Shown: piece after piece, positions 41,533 to 52,802 of the stretch | How positions within the stretch are numbered: the stretch's first letter is position 1 | Layout: every line of letters starts with the position of its first letter | Assembly (NCBI GenBank): GCA_965219095.1 | Contig: CBDCMT010000001.1 | Coordinates: forward strand, 2,176,001 to 2,240,000 | Source of the DNA: Bdellovibrionales bacterium | GTDB lineage: Bacteria; Bdellovibrionota; Bdellovibrionia; Bdellovibrionales; UBA1609 | Length of the DNA: 64,000 nt | Direction: 5' to 3' | Notes under the pieces: model-generated | What the model was told of the DNA's origin: nothing | The model's database searches: none | The model's input: only the letters and a program-made list of their open reading frames with translations | Program-made: the position numbers and the translations under genes

Positions 41533-42763
41533 ACATTTCTTTAAACTGATAAAACAAGTTTTGAAATGATTTTTTCAAATGACTTTCCGACTGTGTTTTT
41601 GTTTTGTATTTTTCTTCTTCTTTGATTGCATACACCAACAAACCAACAACTGTAGAAAACTGTGGTGATTTCACAACATCTTTTAATCCTCCTGCGTGAT
41701 AAGCTCTTCCCATCCTTAAAGGAACATCAAAAATAAACTCTGCCATTCCCATAAAACCTTTTAACAAACAACAACCTCCTGTAAAAACAATACCAGATCC
41801 TAAATTTGTAATCAGATCGGATTCTACTAGTTTGGTTTTAATAATATCAAAAGTTTCTTGAACACGGGCCTCTATGATTTCACATAAGTTTTTACGGCTG
41901 ACATTTCTGTTCTGAACTCCTCCCACACTTCTAACCTCTACAATTTCTTCAAAATCCACACTATCTTTAAGAACGGAACCATAGTTTTTTTTCAACTCCT
42001 CGGCTGAATCTCTTGTGGTTTTCAAACCCACAGCGACATCATAAGTGATGTTCTGTCCTCCTACACCAATACTGCCTGTGTAAATCACACGCCCATTTTT
42101 ATAAACAATCATATCACACACTCCACCGCCTACATCCACTACCGCAACTCCCATTTGCTTCTCATCTTCTGACAAAAAAGCCATAGAAGAAGCTAAAGAT
42201 TGTAAAACCAAGTGCTGGACTTTTAAACCTGCAATCTCTACACATTGCGTTATATTAGAAATACAAGAAGTATAGCCTGTTACAATACGAACACTACATT
42301 CTAAACGAACCCCTGACATACTTATAGGATTTTGAATGCCTTTCTGATAATCAATTTGATAGCCGTTAGGTAAAATATGAATCACTTGCCTATCAGAAGG
42401 AAGAGCCACAGCTTGGGCCATTTCAATAACACGCTCTACATCCTCTTGAGACACCTTTTTATTGCGAATAGCTACCATCCCTGAAGAATCAAAAGACTGA
42501 ACATAATCACCACTCAAGCCAACTGAAACAGCAGTGATACTGACCCCTGCCATAAGCTCTGCTTCCTGCTTAGCCTGTTGAATCACTTTTGCTGTCTCTT
42601 CAATATGAACAATAGCTCCACCTAAAATACCCGAATGTTCTACTTGTCCTAAACCAATAATGTTCAAACCCTCAGAGGTTTTTTCACCAATGACACAACA
42701 AACTTTTGTTGTCCCAATATCTAAGGCAGCAATAAGACTTTTATTTTTCACTGTTGAAGACAT
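41516..42763 (-). CDS. ftsA: Cell division protein FtsA
   Basis: LDIGTTKV, MSGVRLE, DVGGG, TGG; operon position. Confidence 0.97.
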   Translation of the reverse strand: MSSTVKNKSLIAALDIGTTKVCCVIGEKTSEGLNIIGLGQVEHSGILGGAIVHIEETAKVIQQAKQEAELMAGVSITAVSVGLSGDYVQSFDSSGMVAIRNKKVSQEDVERVIEMAQAVALPSDRQVIHILPNGYQIDYQKGIQNPISMSGVRLECSVRIVTGYTSCISNITQCVEIAGLKVQHLVLQSLASSMAFLSEDEKQMGVAVVDVGGGVCDMIVYKNGRVIYTGSIGVGGQNITYDVAVGLKTTRDSAEELKKNYGSVLKDSVDFEEIVEVRSVGGVQNRNVSRKNLCEIIEARVQETFDIIKTKLVESDLITNLGSGIVFTGGCCLLKGFMGMAEFIFDVPLRMGRAYHAGGLKDVVKSPQFSTVVGLLVYAIKEEEKYKTKTQSESHLKKSFQNLFYQFKEMFEDSK

Positions 42764-42812
42764 AGATCATCCTTTGCTCCTAGTTAGACATGCTTTACTG
42801 CATGTTACTTTA

Positions 42813-43523
42813 TTATTTTAAATAAGGCTTGTCTAATTTGACAACTATTTTCTCAGAAAATCTTGCATCTACGGAGTGAGTTTTTAACTCTCTTTTCTTT
42901 AAATATTGCAATACATCCTCAACTTGTTTGATTTCATATTGTAAAAGAGGTTTAAATAGCAACAAAAGTCTAGTTCTTGATTCCACTAAAACAAAAACAA
43001 GATCTTTGGACTTAAGTTGGTAAATTTCTGAAATTTCCGGTAAAGAAAACAAGCCTTTTTCAGGTATATTAGATAAAACCTTCATCAATTTTTTTCGCTT
43101 GTTTCGATCTTTTAAGAAAGACTCTCCTCTTACTATGGGTAAAATATTTTGCACCTCTTTAACATAGGTTAACTTACCCTCTGAAGAAGTGCGGTAAAAT
43201 TTAAACTCTTTTTTATCTAAAATGTAAAAAAGAAAGTTTTGAGGGAGAATCTTAATCTCTAAACGATCAGGCCATTTTCGAAAAACAAGGGCTTTTTCCA
43301 CAAACTCGTAGGAATTAATCTTTTTTACAAGATCTCCTAAGGAGACTTGAAAGATGAGTTGTCCTTTCAAACCCTCTAAGTCCTTTTGAATAAAATCCAA
43401 AGACAAAGGCCTTTGTGAAGATATTTTAATGTGCTTGATTTTAAAAAAATCACTTTGGAAACTAAGAAGAACAACACTTGCTACAATAGACGTGTAAAAT
43501 AAAGCTTTTAAAATTCCAATCAA
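42813..43523 (-). CDS. ftsQ: Cell division protein FtsQ/DivIB
   Basis: TM + POTRA (RKWPDRLEI), DARF; between ddl and ftsA. Confidence 0.88.
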   Translation of the reverse strand: MIGILKALFYTSIVASVVLLSFQSDFFKIKHIKISSQRPLSLDFIQKDLEGLKGQLIFQVSLGDLVKKINSYEFVEKALVFRKWPDRLEIKILPQNFLFYILDKKEFKFYRTSSEGKLTYVKEVQNILPIVRGESFLKDRNKRKKLMKVLSNIPEKGLFSLPEISEIYQLKSKDLVFVLVESRTRLLLLFKPLLQYEIKQVEDVLQYLKKRELKTHSVDARFSEKIVVKLDKPYLK

Positions 43524-44416
43524 TAGTCTCTCCTTGCTGAACTGACAATTTCTTCTACTAATTGATTAAAACTCAAACCATCATAAGATACAGCTTTAGG
43601 TAAAAGAGACGTTTCTGTGAGACCTGGTAAAGTGTTCACCTCTAAAAAATAAGGTCTGCTATCTTTATTTGATACAATAAAATCTACTCTACAAAAGCCT
43701 CTTATGTCAAAAAGCTCCCACACTTTTAAAGAAAATTCTTCAGCTTCCTTAAGAACTGTCTCTGAAATGTCTGCTGGCAAAACGTAATCTGTAAGCCCTT
43801 TCGTATATTTTGTTCTAAAATCATAAAATTCACTTTGAGGTTGAATTTCTATACATGTATGAATTTTCTTTTTCACCATCGCTATGGTAATTTCTTTTCC
43901 TTCTATATATTTTTCAACAAAAATTTTTGAATCCATTAGAAAAACTTTCCCAAAATACTTCTCTAATTCCTTTTGGTTTTTACAAATAAAAACTCCAAAA
44001 CTTGAACCTTCCCTAGAAGGCTTTAAAACAACAGGAAAAGAAAGTCTTGTTTGAGGCTTTTGCAGAACTTCAAAATCTGAGGTTAAAATATCATGTGTTT
44101 GACAAAGCCTTTTAGAAAAAATCTTATCCATCGAGAGAGCTGAAGACATCACACCTGAGCCTGTATAAGGAAGATTCGTATATTCACAAAGAGCCTGAAC
44201 TATACCATCCTCTCCATAACGACCATGCAAAGCGATAACAACTCTCTCAAACCTTCCTTCTAAAAGTTTTTGAGGTAACCTCTCATCAGCCCTTAAGACT
44301 TCATAATCATAACACAACTCTTGAAAAGCTCTTTGAAAAGCTTGACTGGTTTTAAGGCTAATCTCTCTTTCTAAGCTCTTTCCTCCTTCAATCAAGGCAA
44401 TTTTTCCTATCTTCAT
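43520..44416 (-). CDS. ddl: D-alanine--D-alanine ligase
   Basis: GG.S.EREISL, LHGRYGEDG, EGSS, YDFRTKY, LEVNTLPG. Confidence 0.96.
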   Translation of the reverse strand: MKIGKIALIEGGKSLEREISLKTSQAFQRAFQELCYDYEVLRADERLPQKLLEGRFERVVIALHGRYGEDGIVQALCEYTNLPYTGSGVMSSALSMDKIFSKRLCQTHDILTSDFEVLQKPQTRLSFPVVLKPSREGSSFGVFICKNQKELEKYFGKVFLMDSKIFVEKYIEGKEITIAMVKKKIHTCIEIQPQSEFYDFRTKYTKGLTDYVLPADISETVLKEAEEFSLKVWELFDIRGFCRVDFIVSNKDSRPYFLEVNTLPGLTETSLLPKAVSYDGLSFNQLVEEIVSSARRDY

Positions 44417-45068
44417 ACTTTTTAGTTCCCTCTATTTTATTTTAGTTTGTAGACAAAAAAAATATAGTAGCTAAAAGTCTAGGAAACTTCTCAATGTTGT
44501 TTCTTAATTTCACCGCTTTAAACTATCTAGCTACTTTTCTTTTAAGCCATGAGGTTTTTCTTTAAAGCTATTACAAAAAAGAGCCTGACTTCCATAAAAA
44601 AATAGAATAGCTTTCTTACTTTTGAAAAATTTTGTGTTTATTTTTTTAAGACGCAGGGTTTTGTTAAGAAGGCTTATGGAAAACTAAATACAATCACTAT
44701 AAATGAAGTTTTAGTTCATGACTTTGGAAATTCTTTATCAAAAACTCATATCTTCGTATCTTTGATATTTTCCCTCATCTGAGGGGAAGAAATTTAATTT
44801 TTGAAGTTATTAATTTCATGAACTTTAAACTCTTCTTTAAAGGGTTTCTGTTAGAACTTGAAAGAAGGTCATAGGGCTGGATTTTATTTTTATTTTCCCA
44901 TGACTGATAACAAAAAAATTTATAACTTTATCTTATCTAAAGGGCTATCATAACAAGGACTTTAGTCAAAAAGGCTAGCTTTGTTTCAAAACAAAACAAC
45001 CATATGATAAAGAATTAATTTTCATTTTCAAAAAAATTTTCATAAGGTATAATTAAAAGGGAGGTTCT

Positions 45069-45806
45069 ATGCATACTTTTGAGAAAAGGGGTTTTACTTT
45101 GATAGAAACTCTTATCGTTTCTTTAATTTTGGTAATTGTATTTTTTAGCTCAGTGGACACCATTGTTTATCAAGAAAAAAATATAGCACAAATGAAGAAT
45201 CAAGCCTCTGTTCAAAATTATAGTTGGCTTGCTCTTCCTAGCCTTATATATGAAGTGATTAGTGCTCAAACTTTAAATAAAAAAAAATACCTTTCCCTTA
45301 GGGAGCCTACTAATATTCTTCAATTCTTAGCCTTAGATCCTGATTCTAATGACAGAGCAGGCCTCACTGAAATTTTAGAAAGTAAAAAAAAGTATGAATA
45401 TAGTACCTATGAAGTTAAAATCGAAAGAATGTTTGTAAAAGATATTCCTGATTTCATAGAGAGTGGTGATCTAGAAAATATTGGTAGATCTTTACCTTTA
45501 AATGAAAGAAAAAGAAGAGCACATACAATTGAACGTCCCTTTAAGGCCATTGTTTTTACAATATCTATGGAAAAAAAAGGAAATTTGTCCTCTTTGAATA
45601 GCTCCTCTATAAAAACATCCTGCACTTTTTATGTTTCTACACAATTTCCCGAAGACAGTACAGAAGCCATTGAAAAATGTGCAAGAATTAAAGACGAACA
45701 TGCTATGGACACAGAATTCAACGAGTGTGATTCATTTGTTATGTTTTTTGATGAATTAGGGCGATCTATTTACAAAGAAAAATGCAGTAATATTAATGAG
45801 AGTTAA
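45069..45806 (+). CDS. Prepilin-type N-terminal methylation protein
   Basis: KRG|FTLIETLIV; RBS GGAGG. Confidence 0.8.
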   Translation: MHTFEKRGFTLIETLIVSLILVIVFFSSVDTIVYQEKNIAQMKNQASVQNYSWLALPSLIYEVISAQTLNKKKYLSLREPTNILQFLALDPDSNDRAGLTEILESKKKYEYSTYEVKIERMFVKDIPDFIESGDLENIGRSLPLNERKRRAHTIERPFKAIVFTISMEKKGNLSSLNSSSIKTSCTFYVSTQFPEDSTEAIEKCARIKDEHAMDTEFNECDSFVMFFDELGRSIYKEKCSNINES

Positions 45807-45845
45807 AGTGTTTTATCTTGGTTTAGCATGGAAGGAGGTTAAGGA

Positions 45846-46577
45846 ATGTTAATGAAGTTTCGCCACACAAGAGGGCAAAGAGGGAGTTCTTTGATCGTAG
45901 TTATAGGGCTTTTAGCTTTTAATATAGTTTTGTTCTCAATGGTTGTTTCAAAAATGGATGTACTTATGGCTCTTTCCCGCTCAGCTTATGAGCACAATAG
46001 AGTGAGTTATTTTTTGTTAAATATTAGCAATGAACTTTCTCATCCTAGTGCTTGTTTGAATACCATAACATCTATTGGAAATCCAGAAATGATAGATGCT
46101 GAAAAAAAACGAGTAACCACTATTTTTTCTCTTACGGGAGAAATCACAGCTATAAATAAAACAGCTTCTCCCTCTGAAGATCCTCTTCAAGATATTCATA
46201 TACAAAATTCAGGAAAGGATTGGACCAAGAATTTCTTCCCTATCGATGAGATGTATTTAGAGCCTATGGAGAGAAATACTGCTGATCCTGATAAATATGC
46301 CAATGAAGTTTTTCCTATGACCCCAGGAGAAGAGGGCTTTCTTAAAAGAAAGTTCGTAATAAAGTACTTTTTACACGGTGTAAGAGAGTATACTTTTGAG
46401 CCGATTCGACTAAGAATTAAAAGGATTTATGATGATAATAATGGCAAAAGTGTGGCAATTATCTTATCTTGCCTTTTAGCTTCTAATGAAAAAAATGTAT
46501 TTTTAACAGGTTGTCCTCAAGACAAGAAAGGAATTTCTTATTATGAGGAAAGGGGAAAAGTGAAATGCCGTCCGTAA
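45846..46577 (+). CDS. Minor pilin-like protein (no Glu5)
   Basis: QRG|SSLIVVIG + hydrophobic helix; RBS AAGGAGG. Confidence 0.65.
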   Translation: MLMKFRHTRGQRGSSLIVVIGLLAFNIVLFSMVVSKMDVLMALSRSAYEHNRVSYFLLNISNELSHPSACLNTITSIGNPEMIDAEKKRVTTIFSLTGEITAINKTASPSEDPLQDIHIQNSGKDWTKNFFPIDEMYLEPMERNTADPDKYANEVFPMTPGEEGFLKRKFVIKYFLHGVREYTFEPIRLRIKRIYDDNNGKSVAIILSCLLASNEKNVFLTGCPQDKKGISYYEERGKVKCRP

Positions 46578-46619
46578 AAGGTAAATATAGAGATATATGG
46601 ATGAGAAAAAAGGTGTGAT

Positions 46620-47699
46620 ATGAAAAAAAATGTCAAAAGAAAATCAAATAATTTATATTTACATTGTTGCAAAGGGATAAGCCTTATTGAGCTTTTTGTG
46701 GCTCTTATAATTAGCGGTTTGAGCATCAGTGCTGTTTGGGGGCTTCTTACTTACCAGAACAAAAAACACAAAGAATTTAATATAGAACTCAGTGCTTTTC
46801 AAATTATAAATGACATAAGAGGTGTTTTTATTTTGAAAAATAGTTGCGATCATACTTTAAAAACCCTTAACCCTCCTAATTTAAGAACTGATCAACTTGA
46901 AGGTCAGTTCACTTCTATTTCTCAAATAAAAGATAAAAATGGCACACTTATTTACGAAAAAGGTAACTCCTATACAGGATTTCATTTAGAGGGAAAAGTT
47001 AAACTCCAAGATGTGGGAATCCAATTAAAAAACAAAATAGGAGAAAATAGCAATTTAGAATTTTATTCAGTTCTTGTTAAAGTAGAATTAAAAGATGCAC
47101 ATTCAACAAAAACTTTTCTCGAAAAATTTTACACCATGGTTACAGTCGAGGCTACAACAGATGATGAAGTAAAAAAAATTCAGCATTGCTATGGAATCGA
47201 TCGTTATGCTTACATCAAACAATCATTGCAGGATAATCCCAATCCAATAGAAAAATGCCTTGATGGAGAAAGCCTCAAAGGCTTTAAGACTGACGGAGAA
47301 GCCAAGTGTTTGGGTTTACAAGTTGATACCACTACCACCTTTAATTGTCCTTGCTCACCCTCCCCTGACCCTCAATGCCCCCCTCCTAACCCTCCATGTT
47401 TATCTAAAGAGTCTCAATGCATTAGATGGGAAACAGTATCCTTTCGATTAAATTCTGGCTTCAAAGGAGGAGGTTCAAAAAGACGTAAATGTGCAGAAAG
47501 AAAATGGGTGTGCATAGAGAGCTGTCCTAGAGACCATCTCTCAGAGATCACAAAACCTTGCGGTAGAAAATACTCTTACCCCTCTCGGGAAGCACCTGAC
47601 ACTCTAACTTGCCAACAATATGAATATGTTCGAGATGGTGATAACAATCTAACATGTAGAATTAATCCACCTACTTCAAAGCCATGTCAGAAAATCTAA
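46620..47699 (+). CDS. Prepilin-type protein with Cys/Pro-rich C-terminal domain
   Basis: KG|ISLIELFVAL; many Cys after residue ~210. Confidence 0.78.
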   Translation: MKKNVKRKSNNLYLHCCKGISLIELFVALIISGLSISAVWGLLTYQNKKHKEFNIELSAFQIINDIRGVFILKNSCDHTLKTLNPPNLRTDQLEGQFTSISQIKDKNGTLIYEKGNSYTGFHLEGKVKLQDVGIQLKNKIGENSNLEFYSVLVKVELKDAHSTKTFLEKFYTMVTVEATTDDEVKKIQHCYGIDRYAYIKQSLQDNPNPIEKCLDGESLKGFKTDGEAKCLGLQVDTTTTFNCPCSPSPDPQCPPPNPPCLSKESQCIRWETVSFRLNSGFKGGGSKRRKCAERKWVCIESCPRDHLSEITKPCGRKYSYPSREAPDTLTCQQYEYVRDGDNNLTCRINPPTSKPCQKI

Positions 47700-47780
47700 T
47701 AAAAAAGGAAAAAAGACCTCTTAATGAAGAAGGGATATAAATAAATTTTAATTATTCAAAAAAGCTAGGAGAAAACTAAT

Positions 47781-48070
47781 CCCGAGTTTGACAGAAGCAA
47801 CTACGTTAAACCAGTAAAAACAAGCACTTAGAGCACATGTTTTTTTGTACCACTACATTTTTTCTAATTTCTGAGAAAGTTTTTAAATCTTTGGTGGGAT
47901 AGGTACCTTAGCGGCCCTAAATAATTTGGCAGTATTTCCGTTGATATCTGTACGTGTCCATACTAAGTTTGTATTGCGAATCTTTACAGGTACAACTCTG
48001 ACTTCTTTTAATTCTTTCATAGCTTCTACAACAGTTAAGGGTCTTGGTTGAGACTTTGGTAGTTCCTGAG
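47781..48070 (-). pseudogene. 3' relic of a third IS1634-type element
   Basis: End CCCGAGTTTGACAG; minus strand EAMKELKEVRVVPVKI..WTRTDI.GN.AKLF. Confidence 0.6.
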
Positions 48071-48265
48071 AATTTGATCCTGTAAATTAAATTGTGTAAC
48101 TGATTTTTTCATTTTAATTTTTACCCTCAGTGTTTCACACTTATTTTAACCTCCTAAATTCCCGACAAAAAATATACACTAGGATTTAAGTTCTGCTCAG
48201 AATCTGGAAAATTTCTTATTCCCCCTCGTAAAAAGTAGGATTTTATAGAATTTTTAGAGATAAAT

Positions 48266-51200
48266 AGTCGAACGTGAAAAATTGACAAAAGCCTAGGATT
48301 TTTATGCTGTATGATCTTTATTCCTGTTACTTTCTACTATAGAGGGTTAAATATTTTTTCATAACTTAAACAAAACAGTAGTTTTCAAGAAGGCGTACAG
48401 GCCTTTTAAGCCATTTCAGTGAAAAAAACGAAAAAAGACGCACCTCTAGCATTAACTTTCTAAAATTTTGAGAAACTCCTGATAAAAGACTATTAATAGC
48501 ATCCCCTTGTGATCCTAATAAAAAGTTCCTTCCCATACGAGAATCTATTTTCATATGACCAATGATTGCCTCAACTGAACTTCTTCTTCTGTGAAGTTTT
48601 CTTTTGTAGGGACTTATGTTTTACTCATTCCCCCAATATGAACATTAACTCCCGAAGGATGATGCTCTTTGCCACGATAACCTTTATCTACATACAAATT
48701 TTTTGCCTTAACCTTTGTTAAGGATTCAACTTGAGATAAGGCTGGCTTTAAACTGTGAACATCTGATACATTTTTTTCAAATGACTTTACCCCTAAAACC
48801 CAGCAATTTTTTGATGAAGTTGCCACACTCACCTTATTGCCAAATTCATATTTTTTATGGGCTTTGCCCTTCCCTATGCAATAAACCTCAGGAGCATGAA
48901 CACTATACACCTTGTTCTTATCCCCTCTTTTTTGGTTATAAATTCTTACACATAAAGATAAACATCTTTTTAAAGATGTATTCTCTTCCAAGAACTTAGG
49001 ACCTCCTTTTCTTGTAACATCTCTTATCACACGACCTAGATAAGTATGAAGCTTTCTTTGCTGTTTTCTTGCTAAACGTATTTTTCTTGTATGAGCATAA
49101 CGAGCATTCTTAAACAAACACTCCTTGGCCTTTCTTTTATAGCTTTGACGTAAAACTAAACCCTCTTTTTTAGCCCTGTGAACTAAAGTCTTTAAAGCTT
49201 TGTAATAAAGACGGCTGTCTGTAGGAAAAGCTATTGCTTTCTCTTGAACAGTTGTATCAACAACTACATTCTCAAACTCTTTTTTTTGGCTCCTCCCGGG
49301 AATCTGTGGGTGAAAAGTAGTAGAAATCCCCCAAAAGAGCTCATATTAATCAAAGTAAGAGTAAGACATTCTATCTTGTATTTTTGAGTTCTTTGAGGCC
49401 CTTACTGGCCTCTATCACCTCCGGTGATTGAACTCAAAAACATTCATTTTATTTGCTTTTATTTGCTGTGTTACATTAAAATTTTAAAAAAGAAGCACCT
49501 ACTTCCCAGATGCCTTAAAATGTTATTCAAAAAAAAAAAAAGGAGGGAAGAGATGCTTTTGAAGACTATACTAAATGATTGTTTAAGATGGAAGTCTTTT
49601 GTATACGGAGACATTTATTTTTCAAAAGATAGAAAGTCAATTAATGTTCCTATTAAGGCTCGTAAAAATGGCCAAGCTTTTTGTAGTGTTTGTAAGAAGC
49701 CCTGTTCAGTGTATGACAGCAGTAAATCATCACGGGACTTTGAATCCCTTCCTATTTTAAGTTACAGGGTGTTTTTTGTTTATTTTGTAAGAAGAGTTAA
49801 TTGTTCTTGCTGTGGAGTAAAAGTTGAGTATTTACCTTGGGCAGATGGGAAGAAAAACCTAACAATTTTTTACATGAAGTACTTAGCTGACTGGTGTCGT
49901 CACCTGTCTTGGAAAGAGGTTTCTTGTAAGTTTCATGTCAGTTGGAATCAGGTCTATGCTTCGGTAGAATGGGTCGTAGAATATGGTTTAAAACAAAGGG
50001 TTTTAAAGGGAATACAAGCTATAGGTGTAGATGAAATACAATGGAAAAAGAACCATCAGTATCTCACCTTAGTCTATGAAATAAGCAAAGAAAGTGTTCG
50101 TTTGCTATGGATAGGAGAAAAAAGAACAGAAAAGAGTTTTAGAAAATTCTTTGATTTACTAGGAGAGAAGTCAAAAGATATACAGTTTGTGTGTTCTGAT
50201 ATGTGGAAGCCCTATTTAAAAGTAATAAAGGAAAGGGCAAGTCAAGCTTTGAATATATTAGATCGGTTTCATATCGTAGCAAGACTCAATAAGGCTTTAG
50301 ACGAAGTGAGAGCTTCAGAACACAAAAAAATGAAAGAAGACGGGTATGAACCCCTTTTAACAAAAGCTAGATGGCCCTTGTTAAAAAATGCAGAAAATTT
50401 AAAATCTTATGAAAAAGTAAAATTAAGGCATTTAATACAGTACAATTTAAAAAGTATCCGCTGTTATTTTTTAAAAGAAGACTTCCGACAGTTATGGACC
50501 TATGTTTCACCAACTTGGGCTGGTAAATTTATAGACAGTTGGACGAAACGAGTCATGCTTTCAAAAATTGAACCTATGAAAAGAGAAGCAAAAACCATAC
50601 GAAGACATAAGCTACTTATTCTTAATTACTTCAAGGCTAAAAAAACCTTCTCCTCAGGGATTGTAGAGGGTTTAAACAACAAAGTAAAACTCACTATGAG
50701 AAAATCTTACGGCTTTAGAACCTCTAAAGCTATAAAAATCGCCTTATATCATAACCTTGGAAAACTGCCAGAACCTCCGGGAACCCACAGATTCTTTTGA
50801 GGAGGCTTTTTTTTTTACAAAATCCTCTCTCAAAGCTAAATCAATGGTTTCCTCTAAGAGAACTTCTATCTTCTCAGCCCCCATCCTCTTTCTCCAGTTA
50901 GTCAATGAACTTCTATCACAGGGATCTTCATAAGAATAAAAAGGCTGACCACAAAAATACTGCCATTGAGGACTCTCTTTGAACATTTCTATTGTCTTCT
51001 CGTCACTTAAATTATAAATGTATTTCAAGCACTGAAGTCCCACCATTAAACGAGTTGAAAGACCTGGACGACCTTTTTTTTCATCATACTTCGAACCAAA
51101 ATCTTTATCAAAACGATCCCAGTCTATTTTATTAGCTAAAATGACAAGCGGATGCTTCTTATGAACAATGTCGTTTACTCTAAAATTAAGAGGGCTTCTC

Positions 51201-51355
51201 TTTTGTGTGCTGAACATGTCTTTTGGCCTCATCTTTTTTCCTTTCTGTTTTGCAAGGTTTTTTATCTGTTTTTCCACTTCCTTGCAATTATTTTTATGCA
51301 AAAATTACAAAAAAACAAGTGTTTTTAGCTGTTTGTGCATTTTTCACGTTCGACT
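48266..51355 (-). mobile_element. IS5-family element interrupted by ISL3
   Basis: TIRs AGTCGAACGTGAAAA/TTTTCACGTTCGACT, AAAT duplication; HPLVILANKIDW, DTTVQEK, GKAHKKYEFG, VDKGYRG. Confidence 0.93.
49288..50806 (+). mobile_element. ISL3-family element with intact transposase (ORF 49424-50800; true start likely downstream)
   Basis: Ends GGCTCCTC.../...GAGGAGGC, poly-T target duplication; IGVDE, CSDMWKPY, DRFH, EGLNNKVK. Confidence 0.95.
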
Positions 51356-51422
51356 AAATACTCTTGCCTATGCTTAATCCTGATGTATAATATATACAGC
51401 AGGATTGCTAGGAGGATATACG

Positions 51423-51560
51423 ATGAGTTTCATTAGAAGAATAAAAAAGAAGGATGGACAAGTTTATTTGGCTGAAGTTGAGAGCAAATGGATCAATGGG
51501 AAATCGGTCCAAAAGCACATCCGTTATATGGGGAAGAGAAGTCAATAATAGAAAAGTGAT
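51423..51560 (+). pseudogene. N-terminal relic of a transposase (IS1634/IS4-like)
   Basis: MSFIRRIKKKDGQVYLAEVESKWINGKSVQKHIRYMGK with RBS AGGAGG. Confidence 0.65.
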
Positions 51561-51564
51561 TTCC

Positions 51565-51828
51565 CTCAACTCAAAATTACCTCGCTTGGTGTCTTGTTTT
51601 TCAAGACGACTTCAGATTCAAGAAAGCCTTACAGAACAAATTGCTCAGGCTATTGAAACTTACTTAGAACCAGAAGGAGTAGGGGTATGGATGAAAGCTC
51701 AGCATCTATGTGTTTTGTCAAGAGGAGTAAGGGATCATTCCTCTAAAATGATTACAACTTCCCTTAAGGGAAGCTTCTTAGAAGATCATAAAGTTCGTCA
51801 AGAGTTTCTAAGTTCTCTCAAATTATGA
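51565..51828 (+). pseudogene. folE: GTP cyclohydrolase I, 5'-truncated
   Basis: SKLPRLV..FSRRLQIQE, HLCVLSRGV, RQEFL; N-terminal half absent. Confidence 0.88.
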
Positions 51829-52502
51829 AACACTCAAAAGCATTAGTTGTTTTTTCAGGGGGTCAAGATTCTACAACTTGTCTTTTTTGGGCTCAAAATC
51901 GCTACTCTTACGTAGAAGCGGTTACTTTTTTTTATGAGCAAAATCATCAAGTAGAATTAAAGCAAGCTCAGCTTATATGTAAAAAATTAAATATTCCTCA
52001 AAAAGTGATAAACTTTTCTGTAAAGAATCTTACTACATCATCTCTTTTGGATTCAAAAATAAAGATGAGCTTTTCTGAAAAAAAAATTCCTAACACTTTA
52101 GTGGAAGGACGCAATATTTTGATGTTTACCTATGCAACTATTTACGCAAAAAACAAAAACATTGATCATCTTGTTACAGGTGTTTGTGAGACAGACAATT
52201 CAGGCTACCCTGATTGTAGAGAACAGTTTGTTGTTTCTTTAGAGAAAACCTTAAAGTTAGGCTTAGACTTTGACATTGAAATCAAAACACCTTTGATAAA
52301 AATGAATAAGGCCCAGATCTTTGAATTAGCTAAGAAGGAAGGGTGTTTGGAATTGATTTTAGAAGATTCTCATACTTGTTACAGGGGTGAGCGTACAAAA
52401 AAACATGAATGGGGTTATGGCTGCGGTGAATGTTTTGCTTGTGTGTTAAGGCTCCGGGGCTGGGAAAGATTTAAAAGTTATAAAAATCATAAGCCCAATT
52501 AA
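51825..52502 (+). CDS. queC: 7-cyano-7-deazaguanine synthase
   Basis: FSGGQDS, GRN, GYPDC, TPL, CY.G...GCGEC.AC. Confidence 0.95.
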   Translation: MKHSKALVVFSGGQDSTTCLFWAQNRYSYVEAVTFFYEQNHQVELKQAQLICKKLNIPQKVINFSVKNLTTSSLLDSKIKMSFSEKKIPNTLVEGRNILMFTYATIYAKNKNIDHLVTGVCETDNSGYPDCREQFVVSLEKTLKLGLDFDIEIKTPLIKMNKAQIFELAKKEGCLELILEDSHTCYRGERTKKHEWGYGCGECFACVLRLRGWERFKSYKNHKPN

Positions 52503-52802
52503 AATTGCAGGCCCTTCATTTTTTCTTCTAGCGAAGTATTTTAGGGTCACTATGAATAATAATGGCTTAAACCAGTGACTTGTCTTGTTTGATTTGACCG
52601 AGAAAGTATGTGACAATTTTTCTCACTATGTTTAAATTTTTGTCACTTTTGAATTTTTTTCAGAGTCTTAAGATCTTAACACTCTAAATTTTTAATGATT
52701 AAGTTTAGGATTGACATGTTTTTTCTTTTATGCTACCTTAAAACATTAGAAAAGAAAAAGTTTAAAAAATAAACATTTTCAAATTCAAAAAAGGAGAGTA
52801 AA

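Noticed and set aside
51454..51564. N-terminus of ORF 51454-51828 as a novel FolE domain
   Set aside because: It is an off-frame reading of the transposase stub
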